This document shows, piece after piece, positions 1 through 12,870 of a DNA stretch of 64,000 bases. A program made the position numbers and the translations under genes. The notes under the pieces are model-generated. The model did no database searches and had not been told where the DNA came from. It worked only from the letters and a program-made list of their open reading frames with translations. Each line of letters starts with the position of its first letter. Position 1 is the stretch's first letter. The stretch comes from Carcharhinus amblyrhynchos (taxonomy: Eukaryota): NCBI GenBank assembly GCA_965287045.1, contig OZ336878.1:21080001-21144000 (forward strand), read 5' to 3'.

Positions 1-590
1 CTATGAGAGAAAATTTTAAAGCATCTTTTGGGAGTGGAGTTTGGAACCTCTCGCATGACGATCATTTTGGGAGATTGTGAGGAGACATTCACAAACATTC
101 ACTTGGGGTTCAGAGTGGACAGTGTATTTGCCCACAGTCATCTTGTGTGCACTGAAGGGACTTTCTGTTAATGAGACCATTGTGGATTAAGGTGTATTTT
201 GTAACCCATGTTAATCCTAAAATTTATGTGCAATTATTAAATTAAGGGTGGTATAAAAAGTGTATTGTATCATAATCCAATTTTTTCATGTATAACAAAC
301 TTTTTTTCTTGTTGTTAGAAAAGTATTCTAAGAGTAAGTTGCGCGAAGGAAAGAATTAACAAAGAAATATTGAATGAGTCCAGAGGAACAAGAGAGGACT
401 CTTATATCAAATGAAAGCCAAATGGAACTCTTCGGATGCATTACCCATGCAAAAGCATTGCAGAGTCTTGTCCAACAGCAAAAGAAGCAGTGGGCTGACA
501 TTGAAAACTACCTTAACCAGAATTCCAACAACGAGGTCTAAGTTGCTAAGACCATGACCACTTATTTTGTTTGATGCGCCACTGAGATGT

Positions 591-887
591 TTAAAGTTTA
601 TTTATTCGTGTCATAAGTAGGCATACATTAACACTGCAATGAAGTTACTGTGAAAATCCTCTAGCCGCCACACTCCGGCGTCTGTTCGGGTACACTGAGG
701 AAGAATATAGCATGGCGAATCCACCTAACTTGCTCATTTTTGGATTGTGGGAGGAGACCAGAGCACCTGGATGAAACCCACACAGATACAGGGAGAATGT
801 GCAGACACCACACAGTCAGTGACCAAAACTAGGAATCGAACCCAGGTCCCTGGCATTTTGAGGCAGCAGTGCTAACCATTGTGCCAC
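591..887 (-). mobile_element. tRNA-derived V-SINE (HE1-like head), tail type B (Rex/Babar-like 3' end)
   Basis: Minus strand reads A box GTGGCACAATGGTTAGC, B box GGTTCGATTCC and the V-SINE core, ending ...GGATTTTCACAGTAACTTCATTGCAGTGTTAATG...AATAAATAAACTTT. Confidence 0.85.
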
Positions 888-1204
888 AATAATGAACACC
901 ACATTCCCAGCAAATGCGAGGCCTCAAAAACTTCTCCCATTGACACCATAGTGATATGTTCACTCATTGACCTGAATTTCAAAGTAATACGCCAAACAAT
1001 CTGGAACATGGCAAAATGACCTGTTAATACATCCCATCAGTATTGCAACAGTTTTTCTTGTTAAAATTATTGACCAGACAAAATATAGTCCACTGATTCC
1101 TCATTCAATCTCAGTAGGCCATGTCCCCAGCTGTTCCAGTGTCAGCACATTCTTCATATCTCGCACCATTTCTGAATAGGATTACCAAGTGATGACAAAA
1201 TGTG

Positions 1205-1290
1205 AAATTAAAACAGAAAATGTTGGAAAGACTCAGCGGCATCTGTTAACAGGATTAACATTTTGAGTCTGTATGACACTTCTGCAGACA
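1205..1290 (-). mobile_element. Penelope-like pLTR mini-insertion with decayed hammerhead
   Basis: Similar to the pLTR at 41990-42092; flanked by 13-bp direct repeat ATGACAAAATGTG (1192-1204, 1291-1303). Confidence 0.7.
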
Positions 1291-2529
1291 ATGACAAAAT
1301 GTGGGCTGTTTTGTGCTGTAGGCTTTAATCCATTGGGACTTTCAGGCCATCCTTATATCACACATGACAATGCAATCACTGAGAGAGGTAAATTCTGATC
1401 AGGTACCAGAGATGAAAGTATAATGCAAATAGTCAAATTTTTACTGATATCACACTAACAGTACATCGTGAAAGGAGAAACATCCCTAAGGTTTCATCTT
1501 GAGTATTATTGCCAAGGGGAAGATGGAAAACAAAGAATTAAAATAGTGTCCATACCAATGAACTCACCTGTCTTTAACATGTAACTCATTTGGTTTAATT
1601 CTTCCCTTCATCATTGATGGAAGGTTTTGCAAAGATCTTTGCTGCAATATTTCATTGTGCATGTTTGCATATTAACAAAAATGCATCTCGACTTTGAAAG
1701 GCAGTAAAAATATACAGTACACCATTGGTTAACACATGTACAAAACCGCTACTGAAAAGAATTCTGCAACTGAAGTGCTGAAATTTCTTTGCGTGGGAGT
1801 GCTGACAGACAAGGACAAAGGATTATGAGATGCTGAGCATTGTATGCAGGTTGGTGATAAATGATGTTTGGAAATTGGTTGCCATTTATTTATGATTATA
1901 ACTGGAGGTAGTCAAAAAAAGAGAAAAGAGAGTATGATGCTATGAAACTAAAATTTCTAAATGGACTTGCCATGATTTCTTTCAACGTGTTACATTCTGT
2001 TTTGTTTTTATATTGAAAGGAAGAAAATTTGCATCATTGGAGCCAGAATGCAAAAAGAGGTTTCATTATTTGTCATTTGTCCGCATTTCATCCAACAAAA
2101 GTCAGGAATAGGTGTAACGACCAAAAATTGGTTGTTTTTCACTGGCTACACTGGTAACATTGCTCTTTCTGAGAAGTGTCATCCTTTCCTCTAATGATCA
2201 CAGTTTTGTGTTGTTTCCTTAACTGCGTTGCTGCAACGTCTTACGAACAGGCCATATTCAAATGTGCACAAGCTATAATTACTCGAGCCATGTTGCAGAA
2301 TTGTACCTTGTATTAAGATCTTCTGAATGAACAAATTGAATGTGGACCAGTTTGAAAGGAAAAGACAGGAGAACTTTGAAAGAAAAACATTGTAATGAAG
2401 GGAGACGACTAATTAATGCGAATCACTTACAACTGAGCAAGACAACTAGACTGTTTCAACTGGAAACTAACAACTTATAGTTGTCAGGCAGTACATAGAG
2501 ACAATTTTCTCCTATTTATGCTTTTAGCA

Positions 2530-2775
2530 AAGGAGTGCAAATGATGTGAGGAAAACCATTTTTTAACCCAGAGCGTAGTTGGAGTACGGAACAAACTTCC
2601 TGAGAGACTGGTTCGAGTGAGATAATCAAAAGGGAACTGGATTCCTATCTGAAAAAAAATGGAATGTGCGTCGTTCCAGGGATAACCAAGGGTTAAGGCA
2701 GGGGAGTGGGACGGGATAGAATGCTCTTTCAGAAAGCCAGCACAGACACAGTGGACCAAATGGTCTCCTTCAACA
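2530..2775 (+). mobile_element. Degenerate CR1 3' end
   Basis: GTGAGGAAAACCATTTTTTAACCCAGAGCGTAGTTGG resembles the CR1 ORF2 'RKHFFTQRVV' C-terminus plus 3' UTR. Confidence 0.6.
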
Positions 2776-3039
2776 GAAAAATTCTAGTTGAACTCCTGGG
2801 TAATTGTACAACTGACAGACACCACCCTGAGTACTCATGTTGACTCCTCCGACTCTTCCAATGTGATCTGACTACGGCCCACCACCCAATTAACCTACTA
2901 GCCTCTCTGGCCACCCCCTCTTCCTCCCCGACATCCTCTCTAACCTGATTTGACTAACCTCTGCAGCAGGAAGCACTCCCCAGCCCTACCCTGCCATGGG
3001 ACCTCGACCCAGATGGGAGAATTCAACCCAATGTTTCCA

Positions 3040-3775
3040 GTTGTGACCTTTCAACTCTTGGTTCTTTTTGGGTCTAGTGTAATTTTGCATTTTACAACAT
3101 TTATGCATTCATTAGTCTTGCTTCCAATAGGTTTAATAAATCTGCTCTTTTTTTTCTTGGCGGATAGGCCAACCCTTTCACTCTCTTCCACTTTCTATAA
3201 CATGTCACATCTTCGTGGACCATCTTGGACCATGGCATTTGTCTTCCTAATGCTGATAGTCAAATCAAACCTTTGCAGCCGTGAGAGAGTTCAGAAATAT
3301 AGATGGTGTCTTGAAGAGCGTTCCATTTCACTTCTGAGCGGGGGACATGCCTGATCAATTGAGTTGAGGAAATGTTGGGTTTCTTTGGGTGGGCAGTATT
3401 GCTGGCATTGATGCAAGGGCAAAATTTCTGCTTTCAATTTCAAGGGCTGCGTATAAATCTGGTGCAGAGTAGAGAGTGATCTGCATCGTAGTTAACACTG
3501 GTAACTGTATTTTGAGAATGTTGCTCAGAATGTCACATCTGAAAATGGATGGGATCCAGCTGGTGTCAGTGCCCTGAACTTGGACATATCCATGGCATCC
3601 TTGTGGTGCAGTTTATGTTGAAGGAGGAGTAAGGTACACAAAATCCTTGGTAACAGCAAAGCTCATGTAGTCTCTATTGATTCTCATGTATCTTTCCAGA
3701 GGCAGGATGTTCCTTATGATCTGCAACCACTGTTGTGTTGAAATCTCCCAGTTGATAATGTTGTTCTGGCTTAGT
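3040..3775 (-). mobile_element. Ancient RTE-clade LINE RT remnant
   Basis: Minus translation 'RLQRFDLTISIRKTNAMVQD' resembles the RTE motif 'FGLTISxKKTxVM'; many stops and frameshifts. Confidence 0.4.
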
Positions 3776-3900
3776 GGCTGGAACTCTACCACCTTACCCA
3801 CCATAGGATCGGCATGGGCGATGGTCCAACAACAGAAATCTCCATTGACCTCAGGCGGGAATTTCCAATCTCGCCTGACCAAGACTGTAAAATCCCACCC
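3776..3900. mobile_element. Short PIF/Harbinger-like MITE
   Basis: Termini GGCTGGAACTCTAC / GTAAAATCCCACCC; similar to 61323-61449 and 24276-24414. Confidence 0.6.
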
Positions 3901-4119
3901 AATGACTCTGCAGATAGCAGAACTGATATGTTGGCCTCCATATTTAGCACAGCATTGGAGCGCAGATACTAATAAGATTAACTGGTGCTGTTTGAGGTGA
4001 GACGGGTGGCAAGAACAGAATTTTGAATTTTTTGCAGGGGTTTCCATCATCGAGAGTATCAGGTTCCTTACAGAGAAGCCTGCACCTTGCTCACACATTT
4101 CCAGAAAAATCTTCACTTG

Positions 4120-4600
4120 CCAGGTGAAGTGGAAAAGGATGAGAGCTTCAATTTTCTAGATGTCCAGATAACGAAGAACCTGTCTTGGTCTCTCCATGCC
4201 AATGCTATTGTTAAGAAAGCCCACCAATGCCTATACTTTCTCAAGGAGCTAAGGAAATTTGGCATGTCTGCTATGAATTTTATCAGTTTTTACAGATGCA
4301 CCATGGTAAGCATCCTGTCCGGATGTAAAGTTTAAAGTTTATTTATTAGTCACAAATAAGGCTTACATTAACACTGCAATGAAGTTACTGTGAAATTCCC
4401 CTAGTTGCCAAAGTCCAGTGCCTGTTTGGGTCAATGCACCTAGCCAGCACGTCTTTGAGAATGTGGAGGGGAACCAGAGCACCCTCTCCTTTCCTTCTCC
4501 TCTACAAATTCTATAAGCGGTAAGCTTTGTCCGTACAGTGCACAAGAAGCAATACTGAATACCAATACACGTGACAATAATAAATCAAATCAAATCAAAC
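4120..4600 (+). mobile_element. Rex1/Babar LINE fragment, interrupted at 4331-4482
   Basis: ORF 'FLDVQITKNLSWSLHANAIVKKAHQCLYFLKELRKFGMS...FYRCT'; 3' tail GTGACAATAATAAATCAAATCAAATC. Confidence 0.8.
4331..4482 (-). mobile_element. 5'-truncated V-SINE, tail type B
   Basis: Same tail as 591-887. Confidence 0.8.
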
Positions 4601-4878
4601 TCAAAAATGTACTGTTTTTCGTTCAGTGATCTGCTCTCACCAAGCCTAGTCTCTTGTAATGAAGCGATGTCAACATTGACATCACAGTTCAGCCTACCAT
4701 ACCTCCCCTTTCATTTGTCCATGATAAGTAAATTTGTAAGTGGGTGTTTGTATTTTCTTATCCTCCGAGTGAATGATTCAATTTGAATAACCTAGCAGCC
4801 AGATTTTGTGTATTTAAAAGCGACTAAGGTTATTTTCTTTCTCAGAAACATTCCCTGGAAGGTAACAAAAACATGGTG

Positions 4879-5856
4879 GGCCAAATTTTACAAGAATAAC
4901 TTTAGATGCCCAGCTAGCGGGAAAATGGGGGAATTGAAGGACTGTTTTTGGTGAGTTTTCACACCCAATCTTGTGCACATAGTGCATGAAGAAATGGTTT
5001 AGACTATTTCTAGCTGCTACAAGCAGCAGGCTGGGCTTAATTCACCAGCCAGCCTGCAGAGGGATCTATTGAGCGTGCGCAGATCTTTGATTCTGACCAT
5101 GCGTAATAGCAGCAGCAGAGGTCTAACAGACAGAGAGGTGCCAGCACTCTACTGCTATAAGCAGTCTGAACAAACCATCCCCCCAGGGCTCACGACTGAT
5201 CACAAGCCATACACCACCTGAAATGCAGCCCCCAGCACCCCACCACCTCTTCCCACCATCGCCCAGACCAATTGCACCTCCCACAATGATCGCAATGCAG
5301 AGCAGGTCCCCCCTCACCGTCCCCCCTCATATTGATTGCCTGCAGATTGGCAGTGGCCCCCCTCCCTCCCTGATGGGGCTGCCCCTTCACACCCCAGCCC
5401 ACCTATGAGGCTGCACCGTTTATAAACCCTGCCTCATAGGTTCCACCCCCGACACTACTTGATGGGTGTTGCAAAATGTAGGTTGGCACTGCCAGAATGA
5501 TACTGCCCAAGGGGCACCCATCTTTGCCCTCAGCCTACCCTAAAGGCTTCAATGGCCTCTGGTTTGGCTAGTGAGGAAAACACTACTGTTCCTCGTTCAT
5601 GAGGCACAGGTGTATTCCTTGCCAAAGAGAACCTCTCCTGGCAAGGCCAGAAAGGCAAGTGACCCCAGAAGGTTGAGTTCCGGGCTTGCTCATGCCATGT
5701 AAATTAACATTATAATACTAACCTCACTGGAAACCTGGCTCCATAAGATCACAAGTGCTGAGAAATTGAGCGTGATCCTGATTTCTTGGCTCCCATGCAA
5801 TTTTACTGGTTGGTTCTGCCCATCGATGGGCAGGCCGAGCTAGTAAAATCCCGGCC
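4879..5856. mobile_element. GC-rich non-autonomous DNA transposon (PIF/Harbinger-like)
   Basis: Imperfect TIRs GGCCAAATTTTAC / GTAAAATCCCGGCC; internal TTGGCACTGCC and GATCG-type repeats shared with 48134-49110, 55527-56714 and 57261-58515. Confidence 0.6.
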
Positions 5857-7782
5857 GATATCTCACTCACTCGACTTACTTACACTAACACAGACATACA
5901 CAAAATTAGATATAGATAAAGAAAAGTAGTAATTATAAAACGTCTCTATTTTGGTGCAGGCTTGATGTTTCTTAGATGAGTTGATACATTGGTTGGAATG
6001 AAGGTCTTGAAAAAGCAGCAAATTCTCTCAGTGTTTGCGTAAGTTCTTGTTGTTGATCTGTCCGCAAATGGATTTCTCAGGTGAACGTGAAGGTGGAACA
6101 GGTTCAGGAGAGAGTGTCCTTATTTCTCTTTCAAGATATGATAGGCAAACTACTTGGCTGCTTAACTAACTGCAATGATCTGATTTTGTTTTTTGTAGGA
6201 CTGTCTCTCTCTCTGATGGAATAAATTTGAAAGTCTGAATATCAATTTGAATTTGTGCTCTCACAGTAGCAGGGAGCAATGATGGCCCCCATATCATGTG
6301 ACCTCAAACCACTAAAACGTCTGAAAGGAATGAAACAGGATGCACCAACCAACATCGACCAGGGCACCAGCGATATCATAGAATTATAGTATCAGAGAAT
6401 CCTCCAGTGCAAAGGGAGGCCATTCAGCCCATTGAGCCTGCACTCACTATAATCCCACTCAGGCCCTATCCCAATATATTGTTGTTCATTCACTGCCGCT
6501 GGGTCAAAAAATTGGGACTCCTTCCCCAACCACACTGTAGGTGTACCTTTGCCACATGGGTTGCAGTGGTTCAGGAAGGCAGCTTACCTGAATGAAAAGA
6601 AGTCTATTCTCTAACCTAAATTACTGGGAGTCACAATCTAAGGTTTCTTTGTCCTCTCAAGAGATAAAACATTCCATCCAATCCACCTAGATAAAGAAAA
6701 ACAGTAATTATAAAATGTCCTCAGAATCTTTTTCAGTCTTTTTAAAATGTAGCTTTTTAAAAGTATATGTAGTTGTTAAAATTCACAGCATTGTTATTTT
6801 GGTACTGGTATGACACTATCAAGTTCCATGTCAATCATTGCTGTCTTACACACATTATGAACTTGACCATATGAACAATAATCATTAGTCAGTTCTATGC
6901 ACACAACCCTGGCATCCCAGGTTGCCAATCAAGCGAGATCAGTAGATGGCGGACATCAGCACTGACAACTGGGAGATAGTGGCTGATGACTGTGACCTTT
7001 GGGGACTGATAGTTTGGCGAGGCATTGGATGAAGTGAGCAGAATAGTTTAGAAGCTGAGAAGGGGGCCTGTAGAAAACAGAGACACTTTCTCAGCCCACT
7101 ATTGTCCTCTGCAGCAAAGACTGCCTGCCATGCCAAACTGGGGCCTTGAGCCTTGCCATCATCTTGCAAGATGGAAACTGCCATCATTATATCCTCGTTT
7201 AGCAAGAAATCTAGCCAGGATGTTGATAATTGGTCGTGTGAAGTACAACCATTTTTCAATGTCAGAAGGAACTGACCCTTTGAGTTTTTCGCTTATACAC
7301 TGTATGTCCATTATTGTCACATTAGATCAGTGTACTTTAGAGCAGCAAAGTACATTTATTTATCATAATCAGTAATGAATAGCCTGCTTAATTTTATAAT
7401 ACATTTAATATTTGTTAACGCCATTTTAAGACAGAGTACCTTGACACAATTAAGTGAACAGATTCATCACAGTCATCAGTAAGATTGGAAACATGTTGAA
7501 TGACCATATTCTCAATAGAATAAGAAAACTGAGAAATCTAAGAGTACAGATACACTGGTCTTTAGAAGGAAAATCCCCTTCTGAATGTCTTTGTAAACCT
7601 TTCTTGTAAATATCCACAAAAATGGCAGATGGGATCCTGACTGCTGAAAATAGTATAGTTGCATCCAAAAGCAAGTATCTGACAAGGAATCTTGACAAGA
7701 TTCTGGTTAAATTATAGCAAGAGTGGTGGATAACTAATTATAGAGAGATTATCAGAACGAGGGGAAGAAGCAACATTTGATT

Positions 7783-7910
7783 AAAAGCAAAATACTGCGG
7801 ATGCTGGGATCTAAAACCAAAAGGGAAAATGTGGAAAATCTCAGCAGGTCTGGCAGCATCTGTAAGGGGAGAAAAGAGCTGATGTTCCGAGTCCAGATGA
7901 CCCTTTGACA
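7783..7910 (-). mobile_element. Penelope-like pLTR mini-insertion with decayed hammerhead
   Basis: Minus strand TGTCAAAGGGTCATCTGGACTCGGAACATCAG...CAGATGCTGCCAGACCTGCTGAG...; exact 15-bp TSD AAGCAACATTTGATT (7768-7782, 7911-7925). Confidence 0.85.
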
Positions 7911-8433
7911 AAGCAACATTTGATTTATTAAATAACACGGGGATGAGAAGGACTCAGCTTTACTGAGTGGTTTAGAACATTGTGCTGCGTTGTTTGAATG
8001 GATCAGGGGTTAAGGGGAAATCTAATGGAAATGTCCAAAAATTTGCAATGTGCTGAGGATATAAGTAATGAAGGATAATTTCCACAAGCTGGGGGAATGG
8101 AGAATCAGGTTCATAACCTGATACAGAATTACTGAATGACCTCCTTCTGTGCAGTAATTTCTGTGATTATATAATGCACTGACAGTCCATATTTAATGAG
8201 TTTGGATGCCAACCCTGTATTTTTGGCAGAACAATGTGCTTGTCCTATTATTAATTTCTGCATACTTTCAATGCCAGCCAAACTAGTAATTTATTGTAAG
8301 CTCTCCATAATGTTCTGCAGGTGAAAAGAGAAGGAAGATTTGTAATGGCGATGGAAATTTCAGAGACCAGGAGAGAAAAGGTGACCATCAAACAGCACCC
8401 AACCTTTTTTTTTCTATGTATCCTAACCATTTT

Positions 8434-8758
8434 GGGTGACATGGTGGTGCAGTGGTTAGTACTGCTGCCTCACAGCTCCAGGGATTTAGGTTTGATTCCT
8501 GGCTTGGGTTACTGTCTCTGTGGATTTGCACATTTCCCTGTGTCTGTGTGGGTTTCCCCCAGGGTGCTCCAGTTTCCTCCCACAGTCCAAAGATGTGGGT
8601 TAGGCTGATTGACCATACTAAATTACCCATAGTGTCCTGGGACGTGTAGGTTAGTGGGGTAAATGTGTAGGGTGTGGGCCTGGGGTGTAATTGTTGTAGG
8701 TGCTGTCTCAGTAGGCCGAATGGCTTCCTTCTGCAGCGTAGGGTTTCTATGATTCTAT
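8434..8758 (+). mobile_element. HE1-type V-SINE, tail type A (CR1-like)
   Basis: A/B boxes, V core GTGGGTTTCC..GGGTGCTCCAGTTTCCTCCCACAGTCCAAAG, tail GGCCGAATGGCTTCCTTCTG...TTCTATGATTCTA. Confidence 0.9.
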
Positions 8759-9101
8759 TAACAGTGTAAGCCTCCTACATATAAGCAACACTTAATTCTG
8801 GATAATCTGGGGCTTTGAAAAGTCGTAAGAGTTGTTTATGCGGAAGAATGTAGTTGGCATGAATCTCAAAGCAAAGCTTTTTTGGCATCAACTTTAGCAA
8901 TGGAGGAAATGTGAGGTCAAAATTCCAGTACCTTTGTAAAATAAACAAGGGCTTTCATTGTCCAGTTGTAGGTCCAGTTGTAATAGAAATTAGTGAATAA
9001 GGTCAGATAAGTGGAGAAGACCATTGAGATAAAAGAGGAACAGAGGCTTCAGCTAATGGAAATTGGAGGATGAGCCATCAACTGCGTCACATGGAAACTC
9101 G

Positions 9102-9115
9102 GTTGCTATGGTTAC
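9102..9115. promoter_or_regulatory. RFX X-box motif
   Basis: GTTGCTATGGTTAC matches the RFX consensus GTTNCYATGGNAAC at all but one position; neighbouring CGTCACATGGAAAC half-site. Confidence 0.45.
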
Positions 9116-9428
9116 GGCTTTACAATGATAAGTAGTCAGCTTTGAACAACCTCTGTGTATGATTGCATGCTGAAGCTAGATGAAATCTGGTTTAACAACT
9201 TTTTTCTCACAATCAAAGAAATTTTGATTAAATGTGATTAACTGATTAAGAACAGTTATGCTTAATTTAAGAAAAAAACAGACAACATAAGCGTTCTTAT
9301 TTGTCACAGGAATTTGTTGCTGGGTGACAAAGTATTCAGAAAGGTTCTTCTGCCATCTACATAATGAGTGGCTTAAAGAAATTTATCAACATACACAGGT
9401 CATGTGACCTTTCTTTCTGTAAATATAA

Positions 9429-10905
9429 ATAGAATCATAAAATCATGGAATCATAGAATGTCTACAGTGCAGAAGGAAACCGTTTGGCCCATCAAGCCAG
9501 CACCAACTAAAATCCCACCCAAGCCTGATCCCCGTAACCCCACATATAGAACATAGAACATTACAGCGCAGAACAGGCCCTTCGGCCCACGATGTTGCGC
9601 CGACCAATTAAAAAGCAATGACCCTCTAACCTAAACCAATCCCTTTCCATCCATAAACCTATCCACGGATCTCTTAAACGCCCCCAAACTAGGTGCATTT
9701 ACAACTGCAGCAGGCAGGGCATTCCAATCCCTCACCACCCTCTGGGTAAAGAACCTACCTCTGACATCCGTCCTATAACTACCACCCCTTAATTTAAAGC
9801 TATGCCCCCTCGTGCTAGCTTTCTCCATCCGAGGAAAAAGGCTATCACTGTCCACCCTATCTAAACCTCTAATCATCTTATATGTTTCAATAAGGTCCCC
9901 TCTTAGCTGCCTTCTTTCTAACGAAAACAACCTCAAATCCCTCAGTCTCTCCTCATAGGACCTCCCCTCCATACCAGGCAACATCCTGGTAAAACTCCTC
10001 TGCACCCTCTCCAATGTCTCCACATCCTTCCTATAATGTGGGGACCAGAACTGCACACAATACTCCAAGTGCGGCCGCACCAGAGTTTTGTACAGTTGCA
10101 ACATGACGATGCGGCTCCTAAATTCAATCCCCCTACCAATAAACGCCAAAACACCATAAGCCTTCCTAACAACCTTATCTACTTGATTCCCAACTTTCAG
10201 GGATCTATGTACACATACACCTAAGATCCCTCTGTTCATCCACACTATTCAGAGTCCTACCGTTAGCCCTACACTCTACATATCTGTTATTCTTGCCAAA
10301 GTGAATTACCTCACACTTCTCCGCATTAAACTCCATCCGCCACCTCTCGGCCCAGCTCTGCAACTTGTCCAAGTCTCCCTGCAAACTATGACACTCTTCC
10401 TCACTATCTACCACACCTCCGACTTTGGTGTCATCAGCAAATTTACTAATCCACCCAACTATACCCTCATCCAGATCATTTATAAAAATTACAAACAGCA
10501 GTGGCCCCAAAACAGATCCCTGAGGCACACCACTCGTAACTGAACTCCATGACGAATACTTACCATCAACCACCACCCTCTGTCTCCTATCCGCCAGCCA
10601 ATTCCTGATCCAATTACCTAAATCACCCTCAATCCCATACATCTGCATTTTCTGCAGAAGCCTTCCATGGTGAACCTTATCAAACGCCTTACTAAAATCC
10701 ATATACACCACGTCAACTGCCTTACCCCCATCCACCTCTTTGGTCACCTTCTCAAAAAACTCAATAAGGTTAGTAAGGTATGACCTACCTGCCACAAAAC
10801 CATGCTGACTATCTCCAATCAATTCATATTTACCCTGCTAATCCCGCTGACAATAAAGGGACAATTTAGCATGGCCAATCAACCTAACCCGCACATCTTT
10901 GGAGA
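9429..10905 (-). mobile_element. HE1-type SINE 3' half split by a CR1 insertion (9429-9547 and 10825-10905)
   Basis: SINE sequence CCCCGTAACCCCACATAT|TTACCCTGCTAATCC resumes on both sides; CATAT duplicated. Confidence 0.8.
9548..10824 (-). mobile_element. Young 5'-truncated CR1 LINE (RT domain; one +1 frameshift near 10223)
   Basis: ORFs 10205-10822 and 9631-10245: QHGF, YMDFSKAFDKV, SGVPQGSVLGP, KFADD; (TTCTATG)n tail. Confidence 0.95.
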
Positions 10906-11061
10906 ACTAGAGGCTTACAGTATTAAAATCTTAGGTTAAATTTGCCAATGATTGCAGATTTTCCTATTTGTTCTGGGACGGTAATAATGATGAATGTTAT
11001 CATTGATATAGTTGCTAACAACTGGTGTCTATTTTAACATTATTTTCTATTTAACCTTTCA

Positions 11062-12870
11062 CAGGGTGGGAACCTCACTGGCAAGAGTGAACATTTTATT
11101 ATCTATCACTAATTGCCCCTGAGAAAGTGATGGTCAGCTACATACATACAAGCATACAAATTAGGAGCAGGGGTAGGCCCTTCAGCCACTCAACCTTGCT
11201 CTGCCAATGATTATGATGAACGCTGATCCATTATGGTACATAGTAAATGGTACATAATGCCACTACTTTGGCTAGTGGTGAAGGGGGTGAATGTTTAAGG
11301 CAGTGGAGGAGTTGGCAATTAAGTGGGCTGTCTTGTCTGGCACAAAATTGAGGTTCGTAAGTGTTGTTGGAGCCACAATCATCCAGGAAGTGGAGAGTAT
11401 TCCACATGCCTGACTTGCACCTTGTAGATAGTGGAGCAGGTTTGGGGAGTCAGGAGGTAATTCATTTGTCACAGATTATCCAATCTCTGGCTTGCTCTAG
11501 TTACCGCATTATTTATTGACTGATTCAATTTTAAGCTTCTGATCAATGGTGACCACCCAGGACATGGATGCTGTGAGATTACACAGGAATAATGCTGTTG
11601 AATGTCAAGCAGAAGTGATTGGACTCACTCCTATTGGAAAGTGTCATGGCTTGGCATTTATGTGCCACAACGTTACTTGACAATTATCTGCCCAAGTCTG
11701 AATGTTGTTCAGGTCCTCCTGCATTTGTTCATGGATTGATTCCTTATCAGATGAGTCGCAAATGGAATTGAACACAATACAATCTTCAGCGAACATTCCC
11801 ACTTCTGCCCTTTTGATACCAGGGAGGGCATTTATGAAGCACCTGAAGATAGTTGGGGCTAGAGCACTGCCCTGGGGGAGCTCCTGCAACCATGTCTTAA
11901 GGCTGAGAGAAGTGGCACCCAACAACCATAACCATCTCACTGTGTGCTAGTTATGACTAAGCAGTGGAGAAACTTCATTTCTACTAGGGGTTCTTGACGT
12001 CACACTCAGTCAAAAGTTGCCTAGTCATCAAAGACAATCCTTCTCAGCTCACCTCTAGAAATTAGCTATTTTGTCCATGTTTGGACAAAGCTTGTAAACA
12101 AGTTTGGAGCTGAGCACCCTGACAAAATCCAATCAGAACATCTGTGAGCAGGTTATCACAGAGCCACTGATTCACAGAATTGTTACAACAAAAAGGAGGC
12201 CATTCAGCCCACTGTGTCTGTGCCAGCTCTTTGCAGAAGTGGTTTACCAAGAGTCACTCACCTGCCTCCACACCCATTACCTTGCCTATTCTGTCTTTTC
12301 AGCTAACAATCAATCCATTCTTCAGTACCACGAGCGCCTCAGCTTCCACCACATTCTCAGGCAGTGCATTTCAGATCCTCACCACTCCCTGAGAAAGATC
12401 TTCCTTCATATCACCGTTACCTTTCTTGCCAATCACCTTAATTCTAAATTTTCTTATTGTCAATCCTTCTACCAATGTGAATGGTTTCTCTTTGTCTACT
12501 CTGTCCAGACCCTTGTATGTTTTGTCTGTATAGCATGCAAGAAACAATACTTTTCACCGTATGTCAACACATGTGACAATAATAAATCAAGTCAAATCAA
12601 AATCAAATCATGGTTTTGAAAAATCCAATTAAATCTCCTCCCAACCTTCTCTCCTCCAAGAAAATCCGTCCCAATTTTCCCAATCTATCTATGTAACTGA
12701 AGTTCCTCCATCCTTGTGATCATTCTTATGAATCTTCTCTAAACTCTTGTAAATGCTTTCACATCTAAAGTTATTGCTGAGTAGGTGCTGTGTGATAGTA
12801 TTCTTGATGACCCTTTCCATCATTTTGCTGATTGAGAGTAGACTGATGGGGGTGGTAATTAACCAGATTG
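11062..12870 (-). mobile_element. Old CR1-group LINE (second family), interrupted at about 12172-12765
   Basis: ORF 'PQGSALAPTIFRCFINALP...EVGMFAEDC'; homologous to 63434-64000; 3' end like 60230-60397. Confidence 0.75.
12172..12765 (-). mobile_element. Degenerate CR1 3' fragment containing a Rex/Babar tail (12515-12609, +)
   Basis: GGAGGCCATTCAGCCC 3' UTR motif; internal TTTTCACCGTATGTCAACACATGTGACAATAATAAATC. Confidence 0.7.

Noticed and set aside
1-560. LTR-like (1-330) and RTE C-terminus-like (335-560) remnants
   Set aside because: Too degenerate to call without a library search.
1605-1642. Adjacent short palindromes including GCAAAGATCTTTGC
   Set aside because: A few 14-bp palindromes are expected by chance in 64 kb.
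8321-8380. Possible 60-nt plus-strand exon (CAG|GTGAAA...AAG|GTGACC)
   Set aside because: Weak splice signals and no recognisable peptide.
8434-8520. tRNA gene-like A/B boxes (here and in all SINE heads)
   Set aside because: They continue into SINE core and tail, and no intact cloverleaf is evident.
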